Origin: Chitinophagales bacterium
Lineage (GTDB): Bacteria; Bacteroidota; Bacteroidia; Chitinophagales; Chitinophagaceae
DNA: 59,694 nucleotides
Assembly: GCA_038256825.1 (NCBI GenBank)
Contig: JBBSJX010000001.1
Coordinates: 1 to 59,694, forward strand
Direction of reading: 5' to 3'
The number at the start of each line of letters is the position of its first letter. The stretch's first letter is position 1. Shown here in pieces: positions 41,177 through 51,166 of this stretch. The position numbers and the translations under genes are program-made. Below the pieces are notes generated by a model. It saw nothing but the letters and a program-made list of their open reading frames with translations. It made no database searches and was not told the origin of the DNA.

Positions 41177-42235
41177 ATGATAAAGAATGTAAAAGGCATA
41201 ATTGCTTACGCTGGCATAGCCGCCTGTATGTTATGTTTCAATACAATTAGCCAGGCACAGGTTGATACAGCAACACTTTCACAAAAATTGGAAAGAGCAA
41301 AAGACAAAATTGGAAAAGACGCCGTTTTTTTACTTTATAAAGATGGAAAAACTGTCTATAAAAAAGAGCTTGGGAAATTTAATATTAAAACGGAACAACC
41401 CGTTTTTGCTTCAAGTGAATGGTTAACTGCTGCGCTTGTTTTAATAATGGTGCAGGAAGGTAAACTTAGCCTTAACAATAAGGTGAGCGATTACATACCC
41501 TTATATGCAAAACATGGAAAAGGATATATTACCATTGCGCATTGTATTACTCATAACACAGGTATACAAGCCGACCAGGGAATTTCTAAATTTTTTAAGA
41601 AAAGCAATTATAAAACTTTAGAAGAAGAGGTGAATGACTATGCAGCTAAAAAGGAAATAGAAACCAACCCAGGCACCCAGTTTAAATATAGTAACATGGG
41701 TTTTGATATTGCCGGCCGAATACTGGAGATCATTTCAAAACGACCGTTTGACCGGTTGATGCAGGAAAAACTGCTTCGCCCTTTAGCCATGCGTAATACC
41801 ACTTTTACCAACGAAAATTATAACGACGCATTAAGCCCGGCTACAGGCGCTAAAACAACCCCGGCCGATTATATTAATTTTTTAGGAATGCTGGTTAATA
41901 AAGGAAGGTTCAATAATAAACAGATTATGAATGAGGTTACCGTAAACACTTTGTTATCGTTACAATACCCAGCAGATAAAATTAATAATGAGCCTAAAAA
42001 TGTTAATGGATTGGATTATGCTTATGGCAACTGGATTTTAGATAAAAATAGTGCAGGTAAAACCACAATGGCATCTTCACCATCTATGTTTGGTACCTGG
42101 CCTGTTATTAACTTATGCCGCGGTTATGCCTGTTTACTATTTACAAAGGAATTATCAAATGATCTTTCGAATGAACTGGTAAATGATTTAATGGCTACCA
42201 TAGATGAAAAGGTGCCCGCTAAATGCGATCAATAA
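41177..42235 (+). CDS. Beta-lactamase-fold serine hydrolase homolog, catalytic motif degenerate
   Basis: IT..HC.TH..G, PG..FKYSN.GF.IAGRI.E; the SxxK position reads ASSE. Confidence 0.8.
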   Translation: MIKNVKGIIAYAGIAACMLCFNTISQAQVDTATLSQKLERAKDKIGKDAVFLLYKDGKTVYKKELGKFNIKTEQPVFASSEWLTAALVLIMVQEGKLSLNNKVSDYIPLYAKHGKGYITIAHCITHNTGIQADQGISKFFKKSNYKTLEEEVNDYAAKKEIETNPGTQFKYSNMGFDIAGRILEIISKRPFDRLMQEKLLRPLAMRNTTFTNENYNDALSPATGAKTTPADYINFLGMLVNKGRFNNKQIMNEVTVNTLLSLQYPADKINNEPKNVNGLDYAYGNWILDKNSAGKTTMASSPSMFGTWPVINLCRGYACLLFTKELSNDLSNELVNDLMATIDEKVPAKCDQ

Positions 42236-42247
42236 ACTGAATTGTAA

Positions 42248-42294
42248 AACAATAAAAAAGCCGGTAAGAATTACGCTTACCGGCTTTTATTGTT
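42248..42294. terminator. Bidirectional terminator
   Basis: aataaaaaagccggtaag...cttaccggcttttatt between convergent genes. Confidence 0.85.
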
Positions 42295-42306
42295 ATAGAA
42301 TTTTAT

Positions 42307-43377
42307 TTATGAGGCCTTACCCATTTGGCGTAAGTAAGCCACGTGCGATACAACGGCCTGTGAAAGCTTAGGATATTCTATATATTCAATACCAAACTCC
42401 TCGCAAGCCTGTTTAATAATTTTGCTTATCTGCGGGTAATGAACGTGTGAAATTTTAGGAAAAAGATGATGCTCAATCTGAAAATTTAATCCACCCACTA
42501 ACCACGAAATAACTTTGCTGTTGGTTGCAAAATTGGCAGTGGTTTTAATCTGGTGTATAGCCCATTCGTCTTCCATTTTACCGGTTGCCTCGTTAGGCAA
42601 TGGAAAATGTGTATGCTCTACTGTATGAGCTAATTGAAAAACAATACTTAAAACAAATCCTGCAACCATTCCCATAGTTAAAAATCCAATAATCCAACTT
42701 GTAAATCCAACCATGTAAATAGGTAGCGCCACAAAAATAAAGGCATGAGCTACTTTGTAAAACCAAAAAGAAATATGTTCCTTAACAGTCATTTTTCTTA
42801 ATGGTGTACTACCAATTTTACCTGAAAAATATTTAATGTAATCCGTTACAAATATCCAATAGATATATAACAAGGAATAAGCTGCCGGAAAATAAACATG
42901 CTGGTATTTATGAATTTTATAATGATCTTGCTCATCGCACAAACGCAAAAGCGGACGGGCTTCAATATCATCATCAACACCATGTATATTAGTATAGGTA
43001 TGGTGTATAATGTTGTGTTTCGACTTCCACATGTGCTGGCTGGCACCTAAAAAATTTGCAATATTCGAAGCCATGTTATTAATCCAGTTGTAACGGCTAA
43101 AACTTCCATGGGCGCCATCGTGCATTACATTGAAACCAATTGCAGCAATAACGCAACCAAATAAAACACTCTCGAGAATAGCCAAAATAACAGGAGGTGT
43201 AAAAAACACTAGGTGAATATACAATCCTAAAAAAGAACCTACCAATATGATAGCCTTTAAGAATAATTTAAAATTACCTGTTTGAGCCTTACCTTTTTCA
43301 TTAAAATAATCAGCAATTCTTTTTTTTAATTCTCCGTGAAAGGAAACTGATGTTTTGGGAAATTTGGGTGATGCCAT
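42307..43377 (-). CDS. Membrane fatty acid (acyl-CoA) desaturase
   Basis: His boxes HDGAH, HNIIHH, QIEHHLFP. Confidence 0.92.
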   Translation of the reverse strand: MASPKFPKTSVSFHGELKKRIADYFNEKGKAQTGNFKLFLKAIILVGSFLGLYIHLVFFTPPVILAILESVLFGCVIAAIGFNVMHDGAHGSFSRYNWINNMASNIANFLGASQHMWKSKHNIIHHTYTNIHGVDDDIEARPLLRLCDEQDHYKIHKYQHVYFPAAYSLLYIYWIFVTDYIKYFSGKIGSTPLRKMTVKEHISFWFYKVAHAFIFVALPIYMVGFTSWIIGFLTMGMVAGFVLSIVFQLAHTVEHTHFPLPNEATGKMEDEWAIHQIKTTANFATNSKVISWLVGGLNFQIEHHLFPKISHVHYPQISKIIKQACEEFGIEYIEYPKLSQAVVSHVAYLRQMGKAS

Positions 43378-43426
43378 AATTTTTATATTTAAATGCTTTT
43401 TAAAAGCAAATGTGATTTATAATAAT

Positions 43427-44161
43427 TTAAGTACTATGTTGAATGAAGGCGTCTAAACTTTTAACACCAATCATTTTTTCGCTTATGTAACCTTCTGCAA
43501 ATTTTACGCCGATACGTTTTCCCAACATCATGGCCCTTGCTTTAACTGATTCAAGAAAATCAGGACTTGATATATAGGTTTGCGGTTCGTTTAAGTCGGG
43601 GTTAAAAAACTGGGTTGTGTAGGATAAAACTGATTCAATTTTTTTGTCCATAAAACCGGAAATATCTACTACAAAATCAGGTTGCAAAAACCGGTCCTGC
43701 AGGTAATGGAATGCATATTTGGGTCTCCATGCTTCCTGGTGCTTATCCTGAAATGCTGTTTCAATTTTGCGTAAACCGGATAAAAAGGCTGCATCCGAAA
43801 CCAGCTTCGCACTTCTTCCATGATCAGGATGGCGGTCTTCAGGTGCATTACACAATACGATTTCAGGCCTGTATTTTCTAAGAACTTCAATAACCCTGCG
43901 CTGGTGGTATTCATCGTTCTGAAAGAAACCATCTGAAAAACCTAAGTTTTCCCTGGTATCAATTCCTAAAATCTTTGCAGCATTTGCAGCTTCTTCATTT
44001 CTAATTTCGGCGGAGCCCCTGGTTCCCAGTTCGCCGCGGGTAAGGTCAATAATTCCTACCTTTTTACCTTCTGCAATTGCAGATAATAAGGTACCCGAAC
44101 AACCTAACTCAACATCATCCGGATGTACTCCAAATGCAAGGATATCCAATTTATAATTCAT
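43427..44161 (-). CDS. bshB1: Bacillithiol biosynthesis deacetylase BshB1 (PIG-L family)
   Basis: HPDDVELGC, LTRGELGTRG, RHPDH, AEGY; start MNYKLD chosen. Confidence 0.88.
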   Translation of the reverse strand: MNYKLDILAFGVHPDDVELGCSGTLLSAIAEGKKVGIIDLTRGELGTRGSAEIRNEEAANAAKILGIDTRENLGFSDGFFQNDEYHQRRVIEVLRKYRPEIVLCNAPEDRHPDHGRSAKLVSDAAFLSGLRKIETAFQDKHQEAWRPKYAFHYLQDRFLQPDFVVDISGFMDKKIESVLSYTTQFFNPDLNEPQTYISSPDFLESVKARAMMLGKRIGVKFAEGYISEKMIGVKSLDAFIQHST

Positions 44162-44363
44162 TGTATTAAAACCATTTCTAAAAGTCTGCAATTTAATCTA
44201 TTTAGTTTTATATGCCTGTTAACGAAAACAGTACTTTACAAACAATTGTTTGGCGAAACATAAATATGATGAAATTTTTATTGGAATTTAACTGTTAAAA
44301 GATCAAATCTGCCGAAAACGAATTTATATGCCTTAAAAAAGCAAATTAGGATTAATTTACATT

Positions 44364-44981
44364 TCACCCACGGTGGCCATACATCCGCTCCACATCCTGC
44401 ACAATGGTTTCAATCGGCTGGTCTTTTTCAGCAGGTTCATAACCCTGTTTAAGGTTGCTGCCTACCAGGATCGCAATGGTTTGCCAAAAACCAGCCGAGA
44501 CGCCTCCTTTATATTCATGAATAATTTCGTAACAATTGTTACCGGTTTCGCGGTTAATCAGCTTCATTAATACTTTACCCTGGTAAACCGAAAGATTAGT
44601 AAGTTTATCGGCAAATTCTTTCTTCAGGTCCTTCTCGCGTTCTTTAATAATAGACTTACGTATTTTTTTATCTGTTACCCCCACCAGTTTCGCATTAACT
44701 TCATTCATTACCCTGCCAGCAGCTTTGGCATAAGGATAGGTTACATAAACGGCATTGCGTAACCGCGTCCACTCAGCCCAATAATTCTTCCATTTTTGCT
44801 GCATCCGGGTTCGCACATACACATCAAACATTCTACCTCCGGGTATAGTATCGCCGTCTACAACAAAAGCATACACCTTTAAAGTATCGTTTACCGAATA
44901 CTGTGCATGGCTACTGTTGGTACATAATACCGATAGTAGAAAACCGGCCAGCGAAAGAAGTATTTTAAATTTTTTACCCAC
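44364..44981 (-). CDS. DUF4294 family protein
   Basis: GDTIP, YPYAK, QGKVLMKLI.RETG, FWQ..A...G.NLK pattern. Confidence 0.8.
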   Translation of the reverse strand: MGKKFKILLSLAGFLLSVLCTNSSHAQYSVNDTLKVYAFVVDGDTIPGGRMFDVYVRTRMQQKWKNYWAEWTRLRNAVYVTYPYAKAAGRVMNEVNAKLVGVTDKKIRKSIIKEREKDLKKEFADKLTNLSVYQGKVLMKLINRETGNNCYEIIHEYKGGVSAGFWQTIAILVGSNLKQGYEPAEKDQPIETIVQDVERMYGHRG

Positions 44982-45036
44982 AAATATGCTACTGCTGTAA
45001 TTTAGAGATTTTTACAATTATTTATTCTACTTCCGC

Positions 45037-45288
45037 ATGAAAGTAACCGATTTGATTGTTATAATATTTGTAATTACGCTGGCAGGTTGCCAACAGATTG
45101 ATACAACAGACAGTGATCTTGCTTTTCAACAAAAAATAGATTCCATCGCAAGCAAAAAAATAGACTCTGCTTATAAAAAAATTGCCCGCGATTGCGACAC
45201 ACTTTCTAAAAACCGGTTGCCCATAATTATTGATTCGTTGCTACGTGCTGATACCACTATAACAAAATTAAATTTACGTAACAGATGA
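45037..45288 (+). CDS. Small lipoprotein (DCD motif)
   Basis: Lipobox LAGC; ATGA overlap with the next ORF. Confidence 0.7.
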   Translation: MKVTDLIVIIFVITLAGCQQIDTTDSDLAFQQKIDSIASKKIDSAYKKIARDCDTLSKNRLPIIIDSLLRADTTITKLNLRNR

Positions 45289-45509
45289 AACAATTTACAC
45301 CAGTCTTATTTTTACTTATAGCAGGTTGCACCCAAAATACAAAAGAAGAAAGCGACCGGTACCAGTTAGTAACCCAGCAAGAGTCGCAGGCCCGGGTAGC
45401 CGAAATAATCAGCCAGTTAAAAGAAGATTGTGATAGCAGTTTATTGCAAACTGCTTATACGAAAGTTGATTCAATAAAACGAAAAAGGCTGATTACACGT
45501 AAAAAATAA
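45285..45509 (+). CDS. Small lipoprotein (DCD motif), paralog of the upstream gene
   Basis: Lipobox IAGC; shared DCD...DS[LI] pattern. Confidence 0.7.
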   Translation: MKQFTPVLFLLIAGCTQNTKEESDRYQLVTQQESQARVAEIISQLKEDCDSSLLQTAYTKVDSIKRKRLITRKK

Positions 45510-45533
45510 AAATTAGAAAACCATTATTTTTGA

Positions 45534-45609
45534 TTTTTGGGTTTCCAGCATCGGTTTACATGGCATCATCGTTGCGTCGCACACTTTTACTGTACATTAT
45601 GTAGCAACA
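45534..45609 (-). repeat. Dispersed intergenic element, copy 10
   Basis: Minus strand gtaaaagtgtGCGACGCaacgatgatgccatgtaaaccgatgctggaaacccaaaaa. Confidence 0.9.
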
Positions 45610-45670
45610 TGAGGGTTTCCTTCAATTTATAAACCTAAAAAAGTGAGAAAAGTATCACAAAAGTACTGCA

Positions 45671-45730
45671 GATGAACGGATTGCGACGCAAGGATGCTAA
45701 ACCAGGGATCCAAAGTTGGTATCCAAAAAA
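45671..45730 (+). repeat. Dispersed intergenic element, copy 11
   Basis: gatgaacggattGCGACGCaaggatg...agttggtatccaaaaaa. Confidence 0.85.
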
Positions 45731-45774
45731 AAGTGGCAACCAATTAGCTGTCACTTTTACTAAATAAAGTAATC

Positions 45775-48258
45775 TTAAACTTTAGTTGTTTGCTTATAAA
45801 TAGTAGTGCCAACAGGCCGCGCCACCGGCTTTACATGTTGCTTTAACCGCTGTGTAATACTCATAACAAAACCAATAAACATTACCACTATACCCAGCCA
45901 TAAAACATTTATAAAAGGAAACTCGTAAGCTTTTAAGGTTACAAAATCTAATACACCACTGGTTTCTTTAACACCCAGCTCAAGCATACCTTGCTGTTGA
46001 TTTTTAACCTGGTTAAATTGCAGCACCAGGCTTTGCGCCATCACGGTATCGGGTACACGTTCAATCTGGCCATTTACAACCTTTAAAAGCGGCTGGGCAT
46101 TGTAACGGTTACCATCTTTAGCAATAATCGAAATATCTAAAGCCAGGGCCGTATCCGTAGTGGCAAAATTATAACGATCGTTTTTAGGGTTCACCAAAAC
46201 ATTATTCACAATCATTATTCCATTACTATAAAACAACGTATCGCCCAGGCGAATATTGGTTACTTTAAAAGTAGCCGTATCCTGCGCCTTTATTTTTGAC
46301 GGATCACCCAAAAAAGTGAGGTAAGTAAAAATGTCTTTATGCCAGTAATGCCTGGCATCGGGGTTTGGCGTTACCCCTTCGGAACCTTTATTATTTTCTA
46401 TAATATCGGGGTAAAGACTAAATTCTTCCTTATCTGCTTTTTTTACAAATTTGATTTCGTAATAGCGTTTCCGGTTTCTCTCATTTAAAGAGTCTCCTTT
46501 ATAGGTAACCATGTATTTACCCATATCAGTTGATACGCCCTTAATCAGCGTAATATTCTCCAGGGGGCTTTCTTTATCACCAATTTTTAAAGGCGACATT
46601 CCTGTAGTGTTATAACTTAGCACCGATTTTTTTGAGGAAGAAATAAGTATACCTAAAAGTACTAAGCCAAATCCTACGTGTGCTACCGAAGCACCGGCAG
46701 CTTTAATCCGGCCACGCAAAACCAGCCATATGTAACCTGCATTAGCAACAACTGAGTAAACTGCCGCAAACACCGCTATGTGAATGGCTACTAAAAAGCC
46801 GATCCCTTTTTTATCGTAATGTATACCTCCCCAGATAGTGATTGCCAAACTAATTAATACTGCCAATATGGTTGGCACTGCAATTTTTTTAACCAGGTAT
46901 TGGCGGGGAGTATCCCTGTATTTTAAATATTGGGTCATGGCAGTTAACATACCCAAAATAATGGCTACAAAAATCTGCACCTGGTTGTGAAACCCTTCAG
47001 CATCGTCGCCTACAGCCCACTTAGTGCTTAAAAGTTTATTGAAAACCGGTAGTGATGTAGTGATGATAATTACCATCGCCGATAAAAACAACACCAATGC
47101 ACCAATAAACATCCAGAACTCCCGGCTGTAAGTATTTTCTTCTTTAACAATAGTAGGTATCTCCTTTCGTCGTATAAAAAATAAAATGAACGATGGAATG
47201 ATGAATACCAGCATAAATAATAAAAGCTGGGTGTTCATTCCAAGGTCGGTAAAAGCGTGTACCGAGGTATCGCCCAATATACCGCTTCTGGTTAAAAAAG
47301 TGGAGTACAATACCAGCATAAACGACAGCATGTAAAACACATAGGTAATCTTTAACGAATACCCGCTGCTGCGAAAGATAAGATTGGTATGCATACCGGC
47401 TATCATTACCAGCCACGGAACCAGCGAAGCGTTTTCAACAGGATCCCATGCCCAATATCCGCCAAAGGTTAAACTTTCGTAAGCCCAGGCAGCCCCCATC
47501 ATTATACCCACAGCAAAAATACCCCCTGAAAAAGCTGCCCATGGAATGGCAGGCTTTGTCCATCCTTTATGATCCCGCGTCCATAAACCAGCCATTGCGT
47601 ACGCAAAGGGAACAATGGTTGAGGCAAACCCTAAAAACAAAACGGGGGGATGAATAACCATCCAATAATTTTGTAATAAGGCATTTAAACCATTACCATC
47701 TTTTACAAATTCAAGATAATTGGCTTGTAAAAAAATCGGCGCATCCTTCATTTCATTGCGTAATAAAACAAAAGGACTACTACCCACTTTTACATTAAAA
47801 AAGTAGATGCCGATGAGCATAGTAGCAAGGCAAAACTGCATAAAGCTAACCACCGTCATTACAGGGGCTTCCCACTTTTTGGCTCTTAAAATAAGTACCC
47901 AGCCTAACACACAATGCCAAAAACTCCACAGCATAAAGCTACCTTCCTGGCCTTCCCAAAAGCAGCTCAATAGGTATTCAACCTGCAGTGCACGGCTACT
48001 GTGTTGCCAGGCGTATTTGTACTCAAAAAAGTGATTGGAAATAATATAGTATAAACTGGCAAATAGTGCTAAAACCGAAATGGTTTCTAATAAAAATGCC
48101 ACACGGGCAATGCGCAACCAGCCACCTTTTATAACAAGATCGTTTTGGTTGGTGGCTTTAAAAAAAGCAATGGTAGCCGTTAACGATGCTACCAGGGATA
48201 GGACTGCAAAAAAATGTCCCAGTTGCCCGGGAAGTAAATGTTCACCTACAAATTCCAT
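45775..48258 (-). CDS. ccmF: Cytochrome c biogenesis heme lyase CcmF (CcsA family)
   Basis: WEGQEGS, HPP..F.G, WAY...FGGYWAWDPVENAS, TRSG...SVHAF. Confidence 0.93.
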   Translation of the reverse strand: MEFVGEHLLPGQLGHFFAVLSLVASLTATIAFFKATNQNDLVIKGGWLRIARVAFLLETISVLALFASLYYIISNHFFEYKYAWQHSSRALQVEYLLSCFWEGQEGSFMLWSFWHCVLGWVLILRAKKWEAPVMTVVSFMQFCLATMLIGIYFFNVKVGSSPFVLLRNEMKDAPIFLQANYLEFVKDGNGLNALLQNYWMVIHPPVLFLGFASTIVPFAYAMAGLWTRDHKGWTKPAIPWAAFSGGIFAVGIMMGAAWAYESLTFGGYWAWDPVENASLVPWLVMIAGMHTNLIFRSSGYSLKITYVFYMLSFMLVLYSTFLTRSGILGDTSVHAFTDLGMNTQLLLFMLVFIIPSFILFFIRRKEIPTIVKEENTYSREFWMFIGALVLFLSAMVIIITTSLPVFNKLLSTKWAVGDDAEGFHNQVQIFVAIILGMLTAMTQYLKYRDTPRQYLVKKIAVPTILAVLISLAITIWGGIHYDKKGIGFLVAIHIAVFAAVYSVVANAGYIWLVLRGRIKAAGASVAHVGFGLVLLGILISSSKKSVLSYNTTGMSPLKIGDKESPLENITLIKGVSTDMGKYMVTYKGDSLNERNRKRYYEIKFVKKADKEEFSLYPDIIENNKGSEGVTPNPDARHYWHKDIFTYLTFLGDPSKIKAQDTATFKVTNIRLGDTLFYSNGIMIVNNVLVNPKNDRYNFATTDTALALDISIIAKDGNRYNAQPLLKVVNGQIERVPDTVMAQSLVLQFNQVKNQQQGMLELGVKETSGVLDFVTLKAYEFPFINVLWLGIVVMFIGFVMSITQRLKQHVKPVARPVGTTIYKQTTKV

Positions 48259-48263
48259 GATAA

Positions 48264-48713
48264 TTATTTAGTTTCAGTTGCCAATATTGCAGGCTCATTT
48301 TCATCAATAACTGCAGCGGTACCCAGTTCTTTTTTGGCTGCATTCATATCATCCTTGTATTTGGAAGGGCACTTAAGCAAGATATCTTTACATTCAAATT
48401 GATCGCCGGTAACTTTACCTTTCAATACGAGCCTTTCACTTTTTTCAATATCGGTGGGTTTGGTATTGTGGTAAACCACCCTGATGCTGTTACCAAGTGA
48501 GTCTACAGCGGTAAATGCCAGGTAATTAGGATTTTTAACCGGATCGTATTCCAGGGAGTTTTTTTCCATTTTAGCAATCAGGTGTACAAACTTGCCTGGT
48601 TTTTCTTTGGCTGAAGTTACCGTATCATAGGTTGTAATGTCGCCCATAAAACTTAGTAATACAGCAATGGAAATGGCAATTAAAACAAGTAAAATCAGGT
48701 GGGTTTTTTTCAT
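48264..48713 (-). CDS. ccmE: Heme chaperone CcmE (Cys variant, CPSKY)
   Basis: N-terminal TM, ILLKCPSKY motif, upstream of ccmF; TACCTTTG -7 element at 48731-48738. Confidence 0.88.
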   Translation of the reverse strand: MKKTHLILLVLIAISIAVLLSFMGDITTYDTVTSAKEKPGKFVHLIAKMEKNSLEYDPVKNPNYLAFTAVDSLGNSIRVVYHNTKPTDIEKSERLVLKGKVTGDQFECKDILLKCPSKYKDDMNAAKKELGTAAVIDENEPAILATETK

Positions 48714-48973
48714 CTTGTTATTTATGATCGCAAAGGTAATCCAAAAACAGTTAGACAGTAGAGCAGAATAGACTAGATGTATGTTAAAAGAATTTTAACG
48801 GTTTGTTCAAAAATGACGTCCTAAAATAAGTTTGTTGGTAATTAAAAGGATGTGTTTTTATTTCAACATAATCCCGCGAGAATTTGCCTGGAGCACTACA
48901 TTCTTTGGTGATTTATATTTTAGGTTGTAACCATTTTTAACTGTTTAAGAAAAAACAGCTTATTTTAAAATTT

Positions 48974-49066
48974 TTGCTGCCATAAAATACTTGCATTTAA
49001 ACCGTTCCGATGCATCGGAAGCAACCAAAGCTTCTTTAAAGATATAATGCTGGCAACCAAAAAAAA
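48974..49066 (+). repeat. Dispersed element, copy 12 (core replaced or interrupted by a 16-bp palindrome)
   Basis: ttgctgcc...[ttccgatgcatcggaa]gcaaccaaagc...aatgctggcaaccaaaaaa. Confidence 0.6.
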
Positions 49067-49072
49067 TTACAT

Positions 49073-49106
49073 AAAAAAAGCGCTGACCATTAAATAGTCA
49101 GCGCTT
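49073..49106 (-). terminator. dnaJ terminator
   Basis: aagcgctgac...gtcagcgctt with an A-run on the left. Confidence 0.85.
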
Positions 49107-49124
49107 CAAATTTTTAAGTAAAGC

Positions 49125-50294
49125 CTAATTAAATGCTTCTTTTATTTTATCGAAAAAGCTTTTTTCGCTTTTATCGGGTTGTGGTTTAAAGTTGCCTGAT
49201 TCGCCTAATTTCTCAAGAATGGAGCGCTCTTCGCTGCTAACATTTTGCGGGGTCCAAACATTTACGTGTATAAGTTGGTCGCCTTTTGAGTAACCATTCA
49301 CCTCGGGGAATCCTTTGCCTTTTAAGCGAAAAATTTTGCCACTCTGGGTTCCGGCCGGGATTTTAATTTTGGCCTTTCCATCAATGGTAGGCACCTCAAC
49401 GCTGGTTCCAAACACGGCATCGGGAAAGGTGATGTATAAATCATAAGCAACATTCAATCCATCGCGGTGCAAGGTTACATGAGCCTCTTCCTCAATTAAA
49501 ATAATCAGGTCACCCGGCATTCCGCCACGTTCACCTGCATTTCCTTTTCCACTCAGGCTTAATTGCATCCCTTCCTGCACACCGGCAGGAATATCCAATG
49601 TTACCATTTCCTCGCCATAAACCCTACCCTCACCTTTACAAGAACCACACTTTGCAGTAACCGTTGTACCCTCTCCATTACAGGTTGGGCAGGTAGTTAC
49701 CGTTTGCATCTGACCTAAAAAGGTATTCTGCACCCGTTTTACCTGGCCGTTACCATTACAGGTACCGCAGGTTTGTATGCTGTTTCTATCTTTTGCGCCA
49801 TTACCGCCACAAGTGGAGCAGGTTACGTATTTTTTAACTTTAATATTTTTTGAAACACCCTTAGCAATTTCCTCGTAACTCAGTTTAAGCTTAATTCTTA
49901 AATTACTGCCACGCTGACCTGTTGGGCGACGAGCGCCACCACTACGCCCTCTTCCACCGCCACCGCCAAAAAAGTTTCCAAAAATGTCATCGCCAAAAAT
50001 GTCTCCAAACTGGCTAAAAATATCATCCATATTAGAAGCACCCCCACCAAAACCGCCGGTTCCGGGGCCAAAGGCCGAGTGACCATAACGGTCGTATTTG
50101 GCTTTTTTGTCGCCATCGCTCAATACTTCGTATGCCTCAGCAGCTTCCTTAAATTTATCCTCCGCCTCTTTATCTCCGGGGTTACGATCGGGGTGAAACT
50201 GCATGGCCACCTTGCGATAAGCTTTCTTTATCTCGTCGGCAGCAGCACTTTTACCCACACCCAGTATCTCGTAATAATCTCTTTTTGTAGACAT
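49125..50294 (-). CDS. dnaJ: Chaperone DnaJ
   Basis: HPD J-domain, G/F region, four CxxCxGxG repeats. Confidence 0.98.
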   Translation of the reverse strand: MSTKRDYYEILGVGKSAAADEIKKAYRKVAMQFHPDRNPGDKEAEDKFKEAAEAYEVLSDGDKKAKYDRYGHSAFGPGTGGFGGGASNMDDIFSQFGDIFGDDIFGNFFGGGGGRGRSGGARRPTGQRGSNLRIKLKLSYEEIAKGVSKNIKVKKYVTCSTCGGNGAKDRNSIQTCGTCNGNGQVKRVQNTFLGQMQTVTTCPTCNGEGTTVTAKCGSCKGEGRVYGEEMVTLDIPAGVQEGMQLSLSGKGNAGERGGMPGDLIILIEEEAHVTLHRDGLNVAYDLYITFPDAVFGTSVEVPTIDGKAKIKIPAGTQSGKIFRLKGKGFPEVNGYSKGDQLIHVNVWTPQNVSSEERSILEKLGESGNFKPQPDKSEKSFFDKIKEAFN

Positions 50295-50324
50295 AAATCC
50301 AAATTCCTTAATGGAAACCTCTTA

Positions 50325-50400
50325 TTTTATTAATGATCATTTAAATTCTAATCAACATCGTTGTAGCCTGACAAACCACTACCGGTTCACTCACTTGTAC
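50325..50400 (-). repeat. Dispersed element, copy 13 (~22-nt insert in core)
   Basis: Minus strand gtacaagtgagtga[accggtagtggtttgtcaggct]acaacgatgttg. Confidence 0.82.
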
Positions 50401-50483
50401 TCTATAACGTTTTACTGTTTTTTAAATTTCATCTGTATGGTTGAATTCTAACATTTTTACCAACAGCAGCATTAAAACAATAC

Positions 50484-51053
50484 CTATTTACCAATAATTA
50501 CTTTGGCGTGCCTTATCAGCTTATCGTTCAGGTAATAGCCTTTTATAATTTCATCCACTACTTTACCTTTAAACTCAGGGGTGGGGGCGGGTATTTCGGT
50601 TATGGCTTCGTGTTTTTCAACGTCAAAATCGGTACCGATGCTTTCCATAGCTTTTAAACCTTTGCCTAGTAATGGAGAGCGCAACTTGTTAAAAACAAGG
50701 GAAACTCCTTCTTTTATCTGCTCCACATCATCAGTAGTTTGCATTTGCTTTTCGGCACGGTCAACATCATCCAATACATCTAAAAGCGAAACAATGATTT
50801 CTCTTCCGGCTGTTTGTATTAGTTCAATCCTTTCTTTTGCATTACGACGCTTGGCATTATCAAATTCAGCAAATAATCTTAAATATTTATCCTTTTGTTC
50901 CTGTAATTCTGCCTGGCAATTATCCAGGTCTTTATTTTCCAAAGGATCCGATAAATGACTTGTTCCTGGTTGGTTTTCGTCGGCATTTATATCCATTTCA
51001 ATTTCAGCCCCATTAACCTGGGTGTCATTTTGCGCATTATCTTTCTCTTCCAT
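50484..51053 (-). CDS. grpE: Nucleotide exchange factor GrpE
   Basis: YLRL.AEFDN, FD.EKHEA, GY.LNDKLIRHAKV; start MEEKD chosen. Confidence 0.96.
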   Translation of the reverse strand: MEEKDNAQNDTQVNGAEIEMDINADENQPGTSHLSDPLENKDLDNCQAELQEQKDKYLRLFAEFDNAKRRNAKERIELIQTAGREIIVSLLDVLDDVDRAEKQMQTTDDVEQIKEGVSLVFNKLRSPLLGKGLKAMESIGTDFDVEKHEAITEIPAPTPEFKGKVVDEIIKGYYLNDKLIRHAKVIIGK

Positions 51054-51080
51054 GTTTATTTTTTTTGGCAAAAATAATAG

Positions 51081-51120
51081 TCAAACACTATTCCAAAGCT
51101 TCATTTTGGTCAAAATGGCA
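51081..51120 (-). promoter_or_regulatory. Shared chaperone/protease upstream motif with sigma54-like element
   Basis: TGCCATTTTGAC-N12-TTGGAATAGTGTTTGA; near-identical motif upstream of clpP. Confidence 0.6.
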
Positions 51121-51166
51121 TTTTTTTAAATCAAAAAAAGCCATTCTGTAATTCTACCTTTGCGCG

